From an uncultured Candidatus Actinomarina sp. (lineage in GTDB: Bacteria > Actinomycetota > Acidimicrobiia > Actinomarinales > Actinomarinaceae): a DNA stretch of 64,000 nucleotides. The position numbers and the translations under genes were made by a program. This document shows, one piece after another, positions 49,848-60,821 of the stretch (position 1 is its first letter; each line of letters begins with the position of its first letter). The notes beneath the pieces were generated by a model. It did no database searches. It was not told where the DNA came from and saw nothing but the letters and a program-made list of their open reading frames with translations. The stretch spans positions 64,001-128,000 of the forward strand of contig CACPJC010000001.1 of NCBI GenBank assembly GCA_902634185.1, read 5' to 3'.

Positions 49848-50268
49848 TTATATAATCAATTCCTTTTTTGTAACCCTCAATACCCAAACCTACAAATGAC
49901 TCTTCACATACATCATAAATTAAATTTGTTTTTCTAAAGTTTTCCCTTTTTCTAATATCTGTCATATGTACTTCCACGATAGGTAAATTTAGAAGTAGTA
50001 ATGAATCTCTTATTGCCACACTTGTGTGTGTATATCCCCCAGGATTAATTATCAAACCGTCAATCGTTTCATTATTAAAAATGTTTTGGATAAATTCACA
50101 AATTTCTCCCTCATGATTGGATTGATAAAAAATTAATTCATCCTTATTGTTCGTGTAGTCTTCAAGTTCAGAAATTAATTCCTTATAAGTAGTTGTTCCA
50201 TATTTATCAATTTCTCTTTGCCCAAGAAAATTTAAATTTGGACCATTGATGATTACAATTTTACCCAT
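49837..50268 (-). CDS. aroQ: Type II 3-dehydroquinate dehydratase
   Basis: NGPNLN.LG.RE...YG, QSNHEG, NPGGYTHTS, EVH. Confidence 0.95.
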   Translation of the reverse strand: MGKIVIINGPNLNFLGQREIDKYGTTTYKELISELEDYTNNKDELIFYQSNHEGEICEFIQNIFNNETIDGLIINPGGYTHTSVAIRDSLLLLNLPIVEVHMTDIRKRENFRKTNLIYDVCEESFVGLGIEGYKKGIDYINEK

Positions 50269-51262
50269 TAATTAAAACCTCCAATAGATCGTTTATGTGT
50301 AAATCAATCAGAATAGGTTTTTCAATATCTTCTATTAATACGAATTTAATTATGTCATTTGATACTTTTTTATCATTTGAAATTATCTCTTTGAGATAAT
50401 TGTTGTCATTTGAAAATTTATAATCTGTTTTTAGTGATTTTTTATTCAAAAAATCTTCAAACTGATGTTTCACACTACTATCAAGATGGTACTTTTTCTC
50501 AGCTATTTCAAGGCCTTTAAGAATTCCAATAGCTACAGCCTGTCCGTGGGAAACACTGTAATCCGAATCTTTTTCAATTAGATGTCCTATTGTATGTCCT
50601 AAGTTTAGAAACATTCTTTCATTACTTTCTTCAATATCATCGTGTAATATGCTATTTTTCACTTTTACACTTTTTTTTATTATTTCGTCGATATTTTTCA
50701 TAAAATTATCAACATATATCAAATCAAGTATTGTTCTATCCCCTAAAAGGCCAGCCTTAATCGATTCAATTATTCCATTATTAAGTTCATTTTCAGAAAG
50801 GGAATCTAAAAATTCTGAGCAAATCAATATTTTTTCTGGAATAAAAAAGGTTCCAATCTGATTTTTACCATAGTCGTTGTTAAAACCATTCTTACCTCCA
50901 TGAGCGGCATCTACCATCCCCAGCAACGTCGACGGTATTAAACATAGTTTTGCCCCACGTTTGAATGTACTAGTTGCAAAACCCACTAAATCACTGAGTA
51001 CACCTCCACCAATCCCAATAACTTTAGAATTTCTATCTAAAGATTGATCAAACATAATTGACCAGAGCTTTTGTATAGTCTCTAAGCCCTTGGTTGATTC
51101 ATTTATATCAATTTCAAAAATATTTAAATTCTCATCTAGGTTGAGAATTGATGAAAGATTAGAGTCAAGAAATACCACATGATTATCAGTATTTATATAA
51201 TTTTTTAGATCTATATCTAGATCATTAAAGTTATTTGAGTAATCTATTTCAGATAACTTCAT
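50261..51262 (-). CDS. aroB: 3-dehydroquinate synthase
   Basis: GGGVLSDL.GF, DAAHGGKNG, KNQIG.F, LNLGHT.GH, HGQAVA. Confidence 0.95.
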   Translation of the reverse strand: MKLSEIDYSNNFNDLDIDLKNYINTDNHVVFLDSNLSSILNLDENLNIFEIDINESTKGLETIQKLWSIMFDQSLDRNSKVIGIGGGVLSDLVGFATSTFKRGAKLCLIPSTLLGMVDAAHGGKNGFNNDYGKNQIGTFFIPEKILICSEFLDSLSENELNNGIIESIKAGLLGDRTILDLIYVDNFMKNIDEIIKKSVKVKNSILHDDIEESNERMFLNLGHTIGHLIEKDSDYSVSHGQAVAIGILKGLEIAEKKYHLDSSVKHQFEDFLNKKSLKTDYKFSNDNNYLKEIISNDKKVSNDIIKFVLIEDIEKPILIDLHINDLLEVLING

Positions 51263-51758
51263 TTTTTAACCACGTATTTTGAATAATTGTTTCCGCTATT
51301 ATTTTCTCTTTTTTATTTTTGATATCGATAATATGTTTTGACTGATTATATAAATTTTCGCGCAATTTATAAAGTTCTGATATCTCTTCTTTACCTTTTT
51401 TTACAAGTGGGCGCTCTGAATTTGAAATTCTTTTCCATAAATTTTCAAATGTATCTTTTAGATAAAAACTAAGTTCTGAATTTTTGACCTCATCTAGAAT
51501 ATGTGAGACTTCAAGAGAGCCTCCTCCAAGAGCAATTACGGTATCGTTATCTGGCAATGCTTGAAAAGTTTCAAGTTCAATATTACGAAAATATTTTTCA
51601 CCTTTTGTTTGAAAGATTTTATTTATACTTCCATATTTTTTTTCAATATTTTCATCTAGGTCAATTGTATTTGCATTTACTATCTGTTTTATTTTTTTGA
51701 GAATCGATGTTTTACCAGAACCCATGAATCCAACTAAATAGATATTATTCTGTTTCAT
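51249..51758 (-). CDS. aroK: Shikimate kinase
   Basis: GFMGSGKT, D.D, GE.YFR..E, ALGGG, RPL. Confidence 0.93.
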   Translation of the reverse strand: MKQNNIYLVGFMGSGKTSILKKIKQIVNANTIDLDENIEKKYGSINKIFQTKGEKYFRNIELETFQALPDNDTVIALGGGSLEVSHILDEVKNSELSFYLKDTFENLWKRISNSERPLVKKGKEEISELYKLRENLYNQSKHIIDIKNKKEKIIAETIIQNTWLKNEVI

Positions 51759-52923
51759 AGTTCATTTTCCAAGTCTGATTGTCCATGTCAAAATCATCAA
51801 CATTCAATTTTGAAATACTATTAAAGTTTTTTACAATTTCTTTTTTGCTGTCCCCTCCAGTTTTAAGTAATAAATTTCGTAAAATTTCAAATGCCATTGC
51901 GCTTTCGAAAATTGGGACAGCCCTTGGTACCGCACATGTATCAGAACGTTCGTAAACTGTCTTTGTTTCCTCCTTTGACGATAAATTTACGCTCTTTATC
52001 GGAGTTAATGTCGTACTAATTGGTTTTAAATATGCTTTAACTATAATTTCTTCTCCGTTAGTCATTCCACCTTCAAAACCTCCAAGATTATTGGATTCTT
52101 TTTTGATAGATCCATCTTGTAAAACATATTGATCTTGAACATCTGTTCCAAAGTTTTTTGAAGCTTCTATTCCATTACCTATTTCAACAGCTTTTACACT
52201 TTGTATTGACATAAATATTCTGGCAAGATTCGCATCTAACTTTCTATCCCAATGTACAAAACTTCCTAATGTAGGAGGTACTCCTGATGCTATTGTTGTG
52301 ATTGATCCACCAAGTGTATCTTTCCTTTTTCTTGCTTCAAGTATCTCATTCTCCATATCTTTCCCAGCTTTTTCATCGGGACAAGATACTGGTGAGTCGG
52401 TGACTTTTGATTGTAGATCTTGTAAATCAATTATTTTTTCTTGCACATAATCAACTTTTCCAATTCCAGAAACATATCCACAAATATTGATTTCAAAACT
52501 TTCTAAAATTTGAGCCGCTATTGCTCCTAGAGCACATCTCATAGCTGTTTCCCTTGCGCTTGATCTTTCGAGTACTAATCTGATGTCCGAACTATTATAT
52601 TTCGCAGTTCCTATCAAGTCAGCATGTCCGGGCCTTGGTACTACATAAGGTTCAATATCTTTATCTTTCCAATTTTTCCAATCATTATTTTTTATTTTTA
52701 ATGTGATTGGCCCGCCAGTAGTTAAATTGTTTATTATTCCCGAGGTTATCTCAACTTCATCACTCTCAATATTCATTCTTCCACCTGAACCTTGGCTTTT
52801 TTGTCTTCTTTTAAGAAAACTATCAATATAGTCTTTTGTTACGTTAAATCCGGCAGGTAGGCCTTCAATGATACCTGTTAACTCAGGCCCATGGCTTTCA
52901 CCGGCAGTTAAGAATCTAATCAT
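51745..52923 (-). CDS. aroC: Chorismate synthase
   Basis: TAGESHG, PRPGHAD, ERSSARETA, GGFEGGMTNG, ERSD.C. Confidence 0.97.
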   Translation of the reverse strand: MIRFLTAGESHGPELTGIIEGLPAGFNVTKDYIDSFLKRRQKSQGSGGRMNIESDEVEITSGIINNLTTGGPITLKIKNNDWKNWKDKDIEPYVVPRPGHADLIGTAKYNSSDIRLVLERSSARETAMRCALGAIAAQILESFEINICGYVSGIGKVDYVQEKIIDLQDLQSKVTDSPVSCPDEKAGKDMENEILEARKRKDTLGGSITTIASGVPPTLGSFVHWDRKLDANLARIFMSIQSVKAVEIGNGIEASKNFGTDVQDQYVLQDGSIKKESNNLGGFEGGMTNGEEIIVKAYLKPISTTLTPIKSVNLSSKEETKTVYERSDTCAVPRAVPIFESAMAFEILRNLLLKTGGDSKKEIVKNFNSISKLNVDDFDMDNQTWKMNYETE

Positions 52924-53704
52924 TTTGACTTTCTAGTAATTTGTATAACTCATCATATATATCTAAAACTTGTAAGTTAAGACTTGTCCAAATGTTAAAA
53001 GACAATACTGCTTGGCAAATAAGCATCCCTATACCATCGTAGGACTCAAATTCTGAAATAAATTTTTCAAAAAAAGAATTTTTATAACCATATCCAATAT
53101 TTAAAAATAATTCTAGATTTGTAAATTGATTTGTATCTAAATCAAGTAATTCCGAAGATAAATGAGACATCCCAACTGGTGTAGTATTAATCACTAAATC
53201 AATTTCAGGAGCAAGTTCTTTTGCATTTACATATGAAATTGTCTCATCCGTTTGATTTCTACTTACAACATGAGTTTTTGTTTTATGAGTTGATAAAGCA
53301 TATTTAATTGCTTTGGAACTTCCACCACTTCCCAAGATTAATATATTTTTTTTGTTCAAATCATATCCAATTTTTTTCAAAAATAGTGTAAAACCTTCAA
53401 AGTCAGTATTGAAAAGTTCAATTTTATCGTCTGTTCTTTTTACAGTATTCGTAGATCCTATTTTTTGGACATGTTCATCAATAGTAAAATCTATATCTAA
53501 ATTTAGTATTTTTTCTTTGTGTGGAATAGTTATATTGAATCCATTAAGATCAGCAATTAATGTATCAACCGATTCTGTTGTTAAATTCTCAATTTTAAAT
53601 GGTTGATATTTACTATCCAGATTGTTCATATTAAACAAATAGTTCTGAATAATTGGAGAATAAGTTTTTTCAAGTGGCCATCCAATAATTCCATAATTAC
53701 TCAT
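52916..53704 (-). CDS. aroE: Shikimate dehydrogenase
   Basis: SP, GFNITIPHK, NT, NTD, LGSGG, INTTPVGM, G.GML..QA. Confidence 0.93.
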   Translation of the reverse strand: MSNYGIIGWPLEKTYSPIIQNYLFNMNNLDSKYQPFKIENLTTESVDTLIADLNGFNITIPHKEKILNLDIDFTIDEHVQKIGSTNTVKRTDDKIELFNTDFEGFTLFLKKIGYDLNKKNILILGSGGSSKAIKYALSTHKTKTHVVSRNQTDETISYVNAKELAPEIDLVINTTPVGMSHLSSELLDLDTNQFTNLELFLNIGYGYKNSFFEKFISEFESYDGIGMLICQAVLSFNIWTSLNLQVLDIYDELYKLLESQND

Positions 53705-54971
53705 TTATTTCACCTCCTAATAGCTTTATATCTTCAAAAAAAGAAGGATAAGAATCATTTATACACTCAAAATTATCTGGAATTATTTTTTTATTTAGTC
53801 CTATGTTTGCAACTATCGCCGTCATAGCGATTCTATGATCATCAAGTGTTTCAATTTTTCCTTTTTTTAATTTTTGGATACCTTGAATCTCAAACCCATC
53901 ATCAAGCAACTTAATTTCACCACCTAAATTAAGAATAAAATTTTTCATCGCATCTAATCTATTTGATTCTTTAACTTTTAGCTCTTCCGCGCCAACTACT
54001 TTTGTCAATCCTTTGGCTTGTGAGGCAAGTAAAGTAAAAATTGGAATTTCGTCTATTAAATCCGGAATTTCGTCTTTACTAACTGTTGTTCCATTAAGTA
54101 TTGACTTATTTATTTTTATATCACCTATTACTTCATTGTTTTCTTCTCTAATATTTAACATCTCAATTTTTGCTTCCATTCTTTTTAAGACTTTTATAAA
54201 TCCCAGTCTTCTTTCATTAATTAGCATGTTGGAAAGAATTATTTCTTTACCTCTTAATAAACCGAGAGCAATTAAAAAAGCACCTGATGATATATCACCA
54301 GGAATAGTAATGGTCAATGGTTCTAACTTAGTTGTTGGTGGAATAGTTAATGTATTTCCAAGCCTCAATATATCCACACCCATAGCTACAAGCATTCTCT
54401 CAGTATGGTCTCTAGTAGGAACGGTTTCTTCAATAAGGGTTGGTTCATTATGATATAGAGAAGCAAGAATTAATGCGCTTTTGACTTGGGCACTTGGTAC
54501 TTTGGTATTTTGATAACTGAATGAGTATTCTTTTGGGTTAAAATTTATTGGTAAAAAATTATTTTTTATTTTCATATCAGCTCCATGATCAACCAGCAAA
54601 TTAGCAATTCTATTCATTGGTCTTTTATTTAATTGAGTGCTGCCAATTAATGTTGACGAAAATTTTTGTTTAGATAATAATCCTATGAGCAATCTAGCAG
54701 TTGTTCCAGAATTCTTGGCATTAAGCTCATTTTTTGGTTTTTTTAATCCATTTATTCCCTGACCAGTTATTGAAACTTTATCCTGGATTTTTACATCAGC
54801 CCCCATTTGTTCAACGATTTCTAAAGAGGCTTTTGTATCTTCGCTAATTAATAAATTCTTAATTACAGATGTGCCCTCAGCTAAAGCAGAAAACAAAATT
54901 GCTCTATGGGATATAGATTTATCTCCAATCACTTGAACTGTTCCGGATAACCCTCGATTAATTAATTTCAA
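53697..54971 (-). CDS. aroA: EPSP synthase (likely TTG start at 54971 overlapping tyrA stop)
   Basis: GDKSISHRA, NSGTTARL, SAQVKSA, RDHTERML, KESNR, DHRIAM. Confidence 0.95.
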   Translation of the reverse strand: MKLINRGLSGTVQVIGDKSISHRAILFSALAEGTSVIKNLLISEDTKASLEIVEQMGADVKIQDKVSITGQGINGLKKPKNELNAKNSGTTARLLIGLLSKQKFSSTLIGSTQLNKRPMNRIANLLVDHGADMKIKNNFLPINFNPKEYSFSYQNTKVPSAQVKSALILASLYHNEPTLIEETVPTRDHTERMLVAMGVDILRLGNTLTIPPTTKLEPLTITIPGDISSGAFLIALGLLRGKEIILSNMLINERRLGFIKVLKRMEAKIEMLNIREENNEVIGDIKINKSILNGTTVSKDEIPDLIDEIPIFTLLASQAKGLTKVVGAEELKVKESNRLDAMKNFILNLGGEIKLLDDGFEIQGIQKLKKGKIETLDDHRIAMTAIVANIGLNKKIIPDNFECINDSYPSFFEDIKLLGGEINE

Positions 54972-55801
54972 CTTAATGGTCTCTCTCCAAACTTTTCTGA
55001 TAAAGCTCTTCTCCACTCAACTGACGAGGTAAGGTATTCTATTAACTGATTTTTCTCCTGAAGTGACATTAATGAGGATATTTCATCAATTAGTGAAATA
55101 AGAAATTTATTTATATTTTCAGAGTTTGTGTTGTACATGTCTATTATCATTTCTGGATTTGTTCTTGTTAGCCTTGTTGCTCCATCGAATCCACCAGCTG
55201 CTAAACCCATAATTTCATCTATTTCATAATCTTTTTTAGCTATCCCGACCAATGCTGAGCTTATTAAATGTGGCAAATGACTGGTAATAGATAATATTTC
55301 ATCATGTTTTTTTCGATCTATCCACACTTCTTTGCAGTTCAATATGTTCACTAAATCTCTGGCAATTTTTTTTGAATTGTCATTCATAGATTCTGTTTCA
55401 CAGAGTAAAAATGTTGCATCATCGTACATTTCAGGTGTAGGTTCCCAGATTCTATTATCAGCTAAACCACACAAAGGATGGCCACCTATAGAAGGTATCT
55501 TGGAGCTATCCATAAGATTGCAAATTGATTCTTTAGTACCACCAATATCAATTAATAATTTGGAATCATCAATTTCATTACCCTCTGATAGAAATGACAC
55601 TATATTATTTATCGGCATAGATAGAACTGTCACATCATAACTTTCCTCTTTAGATTTTGTATCAATACCAAATTTTTCAGCCCTATTTTCAGCTTCCTTA
55701 TCAACGTCCTGACCAAAAACATCTATACCTTTACTTTTTAAATTGATTCCAAGATTCGCACCCATCAATCCAAGGCCAATTATTTTTACTTTGTTAATCA
55801 T
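54968..55801 (-). CDS. tyrA: Prephenate/arogenate dehydrogenase
   Basis: IIGLGLMG, D.GGTK, GGHPL.G, HD....TSHLPH, AGGF...TRL. Confidence 0.92.
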   Translation of the reverse strand: MINKVKIIGLGLMGANLGINLKSKGIDVFGQDVDKEAENRAEKFGIDTKSKEESYDVTVLSMPINNIVSFLSEGNEIDDSKLLIDIGGTKESICNLMDSSKIPSIGGHPLCGLADNRIWEPTPEMYDDATFLLCETESMNDNSKKIARDLVNILNCKEVWIDRKKHDEILSITSHLPHLISSALVGIAKKDYEIDEIMGLAAGGFDGATRLTRTNPEMIIDMYNTNSENINKFLISLIDEISSLMSLQEKNQLIEYLTSSVEWRRALSEKFGERPLS

Positions 55802-56817
55802 ATTTTTAATGACCTACCAACTACTTCAGCCATTGAACTTACTTTTTTCCCTAAGTCAGTAAGTTCTGGTGGAGTTAAAGCTTGTGGCCCATCACATAAT
55901 GCTTCATCTGGCCTTGGATGTATCTCGATAAGAAGACCGTCTGCTCCTGCAGCAATAGCTGCTAAAGCAATTGGAGCAACTAAATTATTTGCCCCAGTCC
56001 CATGGCTTGGATCAGCAATAACTGGTAAATGTGTATTCATTTTCAAATAAGGAATAGCATTTATATCAAAAGTATTTCTTGTGGCTGTCTCAAAGGTTCT
56101 GATACCTCTCTCACATAAAATAACATCTTCATTACCTCTCATAAGGATATATTCGGAAGCTAAAAGTAGCTCTTCAAGGGTTGCGCTCATTCCTCTTTTT
56201 AATAAAACTGGAAGTTTTGATTCTCCAACAGCTTCCAAGAGTTTAAAGTTTTGCATATTTCTTGCTCCGATTTGAAGTACATCAACATATTTTTCCATCA
56301 TTTCAAGATGCTGAACATCCATAATTTCACTGAATAATGGTAAATTATGTAAATCTGCAGCTTCTTTAAGCAACACTAGACCTTCTTCACCAAGACCTTG
56401 AAAACTGTATGGAGAGGTTCTTGGTTTGAACGCACCGCCTCTTAATCCATTTCCTCCAGCTTGAACAACAGCTTCAGCTGTTTCTAACGTTTGTTCTTGA
56501 TATTCTGCGCTATCTGGCCCAGCTATAAATGCAAGTTCTTTACCTCCCACAACTAAATCTTTGATTTTTACTTCTGTGTTTGACTCTTTATAGGTTTTAC
56601 TTGCAAGCTTGTAAGATCTTCCGATTGGAATAACCTGATGAACGTTATCTAACAATCGCATAACTCCACGATTATCTTCAATTACCTTTCCATGGACAGC
56701 AACTACAGTCCTTTCAACTCCATAAAGAACTTTTGGCTCATGACCTTGTTCAATTGCCTTTGCCTTTACCTTTTCAATGTCTTCCTCAGAAGCAGCTTGC
56801 TTCATTACTACGATCAA
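55798..56817 (-). CDS. aroF: DAHP synthase type I-beta with N-terminal ACT-like domain (TTG start at 56817)
   Basis: IAGP, RGGAFKPRTSPYSFQG, QIGARNMQN, CERGIRTFE, DPSHG. RBS AGGAGG upstream of TTG ATC GTA GTA ATG. Confidence 0.95.
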   Translation of the reverse strand: MIVVMKQAASEEDIEKVKAKAIEQGHEPKVLYGVERTVVAVHGKVIEDNRGVMRLLDNVHQVIPIGRSYKLASKTYKESNTEVKIKDLVVGGKELAFIAGPDSAEYQEQTLETAEAVVQAGGNGLRGGAFKPRTSPYSFQGLGEEGLVLLKEAADLHNLPLFSEIMDVQHLEMMEKYVDVLQIGARNMQNFKLLEAVGESKLPVLLKRGMSATLEELLLASEYILMRGNEDVILCERGIRTFETATRNTFDINAIPYLKMNTHLPVIADPSHGTGANNLVAPIALAAIAAGADGLLIEIHPRPDEALCDGPQALTPPELTDLGKKVSSMAEVVGRSLKI

Positions 56818-56829
56818 TTTGTTCCTCCT

Positions 56830-56857
56830 AAAAAAAAATCGGGCTTTTGCCCGATTT
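56830..56857 (-). terminator. Attenuator terminator upstream of aroF
   Basis: Minus strand ATCGGGC-AAAA-GCCCGAT followed by a long T-run directly before the aroF RBS. Confidence 0.85.
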
Positions 56858-56881
56858 GACACAACGTTACTTTAGGGCAGC

Positions 56882-56923
56882 TTATATGTGCGCTCTAAAG
56901 TAAAAGTATGTGTTAATTTTCAT
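56882..56923 (-). CDS. Phe/Tyr leader peptide MKINTYFYFRAHI of the aromatic operon attenuator
   Basis: ATG AAA ATT AAC ACA TAC TTT TAC TTT AGA GCG CAC ATA TAA. Tandem Tyr/Phe codons overlap the first stem arm. Confidence 0.85.
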   Translation of the reverse strand: MKINTYFYFRAHI

Positions 56924-56964
56924 TGTGGTAATAATACCATGTATTACAGATTTGCAAATAGTTT

Positions 56965-57306
56965 TTATCTATCTGGTCTTAAATTCTTAGCTTCACCTAA
57001 ATAGGTATGAGTTACTTCAATTTCATCCTTGTAAGTTACTAAAACTCTTATACAACCTTCAAGGTCATTAACTACGTTTGGTGCCTTTGTATCAATTGCA
57101 GATAATTGATGGTGACCAAGTTCTCTGAGAGCCTTTGCTGGGAAAGCGGCATCAAGATCATTAGTAACAGTAAAAATTACAGAAACTATTTTTGAAATAT
57201 CAAGGTTGTTATTTTCTACAATCGTATTAAATAATTCTTTTGTAGATTTTAATATATCGTTTTCTGTGTTTTCTACAGTAGCAATTGCTCCTCTTATTCC
57301 ATTCAT
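56965..57306 (-). CDS. aroH: AroH-type chorismate mutase (start ATG 57306)
   Basis: MNGIRGA, FTVT.DL.A.FPA, CIRVL, YLGEA..LRPD. Confidence 0.92.
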   Translation of the reverse strand: MNGIRGAIATVENTENDILKSTKELFNTIVENNNLDISKIVSVIFTVTNDLDAAFPAKALRELGHHQLSAIDTKAPNVVNDLEGCIRVLVTYKDEIEVTHTYLGEAKNLRPDR

Positions 57307-57320
57307 GACAACTAATGATA

Positions 57321-57355
57321 AAAAAAAAGAGTGGACATTGTCCACTCTTTTTTTT
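57321..57355 (-). terminator. Intrinsic terminator after groEL
   Basis: A8-GAGTGGAC-ATT-GTCCACTC-T8 perfect hairpin. Confidence 0.9.
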
Positions 57356-57369
57356 AAAAAATGTATGTT

Positions 57370-59007
<1,638 letters not shown>

Positions 59008-59010
59008 CTA

Positions 59011-59304
59011 TTATTTTCCGACTACTGCGAGTATATCTCTACTTGATAAAATCAAATACTCTTCGCCGTCAACTTTAATTTCTGTTCCACCATATTTTGA
59101 ATAAACAACTTTGTCACCCTTTTTAACGTCAGGTTTAATTTTTTCTCCATTGTCATTAGTTTCTCCAGGTCCTACAGCAACAACCTCTCCTTCTTGGGGT
59201 TTCTCCTTCGCCGTATCAGGTATATAAATTCCCGATGGAGTTTTCATATCTTCTTCAGACAGTGGCTTTACAACAACTCTATCTCCCAGTGGTTGAAGAT
59301 TCAT
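59011..59304 (-). CDS. groS: Co-chaperonin GroES
   Basis: [30 protein letters not shown]. Confidence 0.99.
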   Translation of the reverse strand: MNLQPLGDRVVVKPLSEEDMKTPSGIYIPDTAKEKPQEGEVVAVGPGETNDNGEKIKPDVKKGDKVVYSKYGGTEIKVDGEEYLILSSRDILAVVGK

Positions 59305-59383
59305 GTTTAATTCCTTTCTAAAATTTTCTACGTTTTGAATTTAATATAGTTATGTTTATAAAGGTATTTATTTTCTTAAATTG

Positions 59384-60385
59384 TTAGGAAATTATTGAAG
59401 ATAACCTTATATCGTCAATATTCATTTTATTTGTAATAAGCTCATTTTTTGCAGCAACGCAAATCATTGCTGCATTATCAGTTGATAATCTTGGTGATGG
59501 TAAATAAAGGTTTTTATTATTATTTTCGGAAAAAAATACAATTTTTTCACGTAACCTAGAATTTGCCATGACTCCACCTCCACCTGATATATTGTTAACA
59601 CCGGTTTCTTTAATCGCATTGACAAAAATTTCCATTAAGGAATCGACTATTGCCTCTTGGTATGAGGCAGCAAAATCCTTTTTTAATAGTTGATCCTCTT
59701 CTGAAAGTTTCTGTAGAAAATAAACTGCTGCTGTCTTCAATCCAGAAAAAGAATAGTCAAATTTGTTTGAGGTTTTAGGTCGAGGAAGATCTACTTTTTT
59801 TGGATCACCACCCTCTGATATTTTTTGTATTGCTGGACCCCCAGGAAAACCAAATCCACAAAATCTTGATAATTTGTCAAAAGCTTCACCTGCAGCATCA
59901 TCAATGGTTGAACCTAAGAGATTATATTTACCCCATTCTTCAACTAAAACAATTTGTGTATGTCCTCCAGAGACAAGTAATGATAAAAATGGAGGCTCCA
60001 TATTTGGATGCTCAATAAGAGGTGCGCTTAAATGTCCGACCATATGATCTACTGCATAAAATGGCTTTTCAAGAGCCCATGCCACAGATTTTGCAAAATT
60101 GTAGCCTACAACAAGACTACCTGCCAGACCAGGACCATCAGTACTGGCAACAATATCAATTTCACTTAAATCTATACCACATTCATTGATAGAGGAATGA
60201 AAAAGATTTCTTATCATTTCAGCGTGTGCTCTGGATGCTACTTCAGGTACTACTCCACCAAATTTCTCATGAATTTCAACTTGTGATGAAATTTTGTTAA
60301 TTAAGAGGTTGTCACCTTTCATTAAAGCTATCGCTGTCTCATCACAACTTGTTTCAAAACCTAAAATGATTTTTTCACTCTGCAT
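59384..60385 (-). CDS. tsaD: tRNA t6A synthase TsaD
   Basis: ETSCDET, GGVVPEVASRAH, HMVGH, SGGHT, DDAAGEAFDK, TDNAAMI. Confidence 0.97.
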   Translation of the reverse strand: MQSEKIILGFETSCDETAIALMKGDNLLINKISSQVEIHEKFGGVVPEVASRAHAEMIRNLFHSSINECGIDLSEIDIVASTDGPGLAGSLVVGYNFAKSVAWALEKPFYAVDHMVGHLSAPLIEHPNMEPPFLSLLVSGGHTQIVLVEEWGKYNLLGSTIDDAAGEAFDKLSRFCGFGFPGGPAIQKISEGGDPKKVDLPRPKTSNKFDYSFSGLKTAAVYFLQKLSEEDQLLKKDFAASYQEAIVDSLMEIFVNAIKETGVNNISGGGGVMANSRLREKIVFFSENNNKNLYLPSPRLSTDNAAMICVAAKNELITNKMNIDDIRLSSIIS

Positions 60386-60821
60386 ATGCTTTTTCCTTTA
60401 TAAAAATATCTGCATCTTCAGTGACATAATATTTTTTTCTTTTACCAAAATGTTTAAAGTTGTATTTTTTATACAAACTCTGAGCAGATTTATTAGATTC
60501 ACGAACTTCCAAGATAATTTTTTCATATTTTGAAACTTCAAAATAACTTATTAATTCGTCCATAAGTTCGGTTGCTACACCTTTTTTTCTGTATTCTTCC
60601 AATACACCAATTCCTAGAATCTCAATATCGTGATGTATAAATTGGATACCCAAATAACCTATAATTTCATCTTCATTTTGGTAAATCCAATATTTAAAAC
60701 TTTTATTATTAATTTTTTGCTCAATAATACTGGCATCCCATGACATAGAAAATAAATTCTGCTCTAAGTTAGACAACTTAAGTGCTGTCTCAGAAGAACA
60801 AGATTTTAAACTTTTAATCAT
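60375..60821 (-). CDS. rimI: Ribosomal-protein N-acetyltransferase RimI
   Basis: GNAT motifs R.KG.A, LEVRESN..AQ.LY, RK.YY..EDA; lies between tsaB and tsaD. Confidence 0.88.
   Translation of the reverse strand: MIKSLKSCSSETALKLSNLEQNLFSMSWDASIIEQKINNKSFKYWIYQNEDEIIGYLGIQFIHHDIEILGIGVLEEYRKKGVATELMDELISYFEVSKYEKIILEVRESNKSAQSLYKKYNFKHFGKRKKYYVTEDADIFIKEKAYAE

Noticed and set aside
56818-56862. N-terminal extension of aroF called by the ORF track (MSNRAKARFFFRRNK)
   Set aside because: It is translated from the terminator hairpin and T-run. A TTG at 56817 with an AGGAGG RBS is the better start.
57307-57345. N-terminal extension of aroH
   Set aside because: Lies inside the groEL terminator; homology begins at MNGIRGA (57306).
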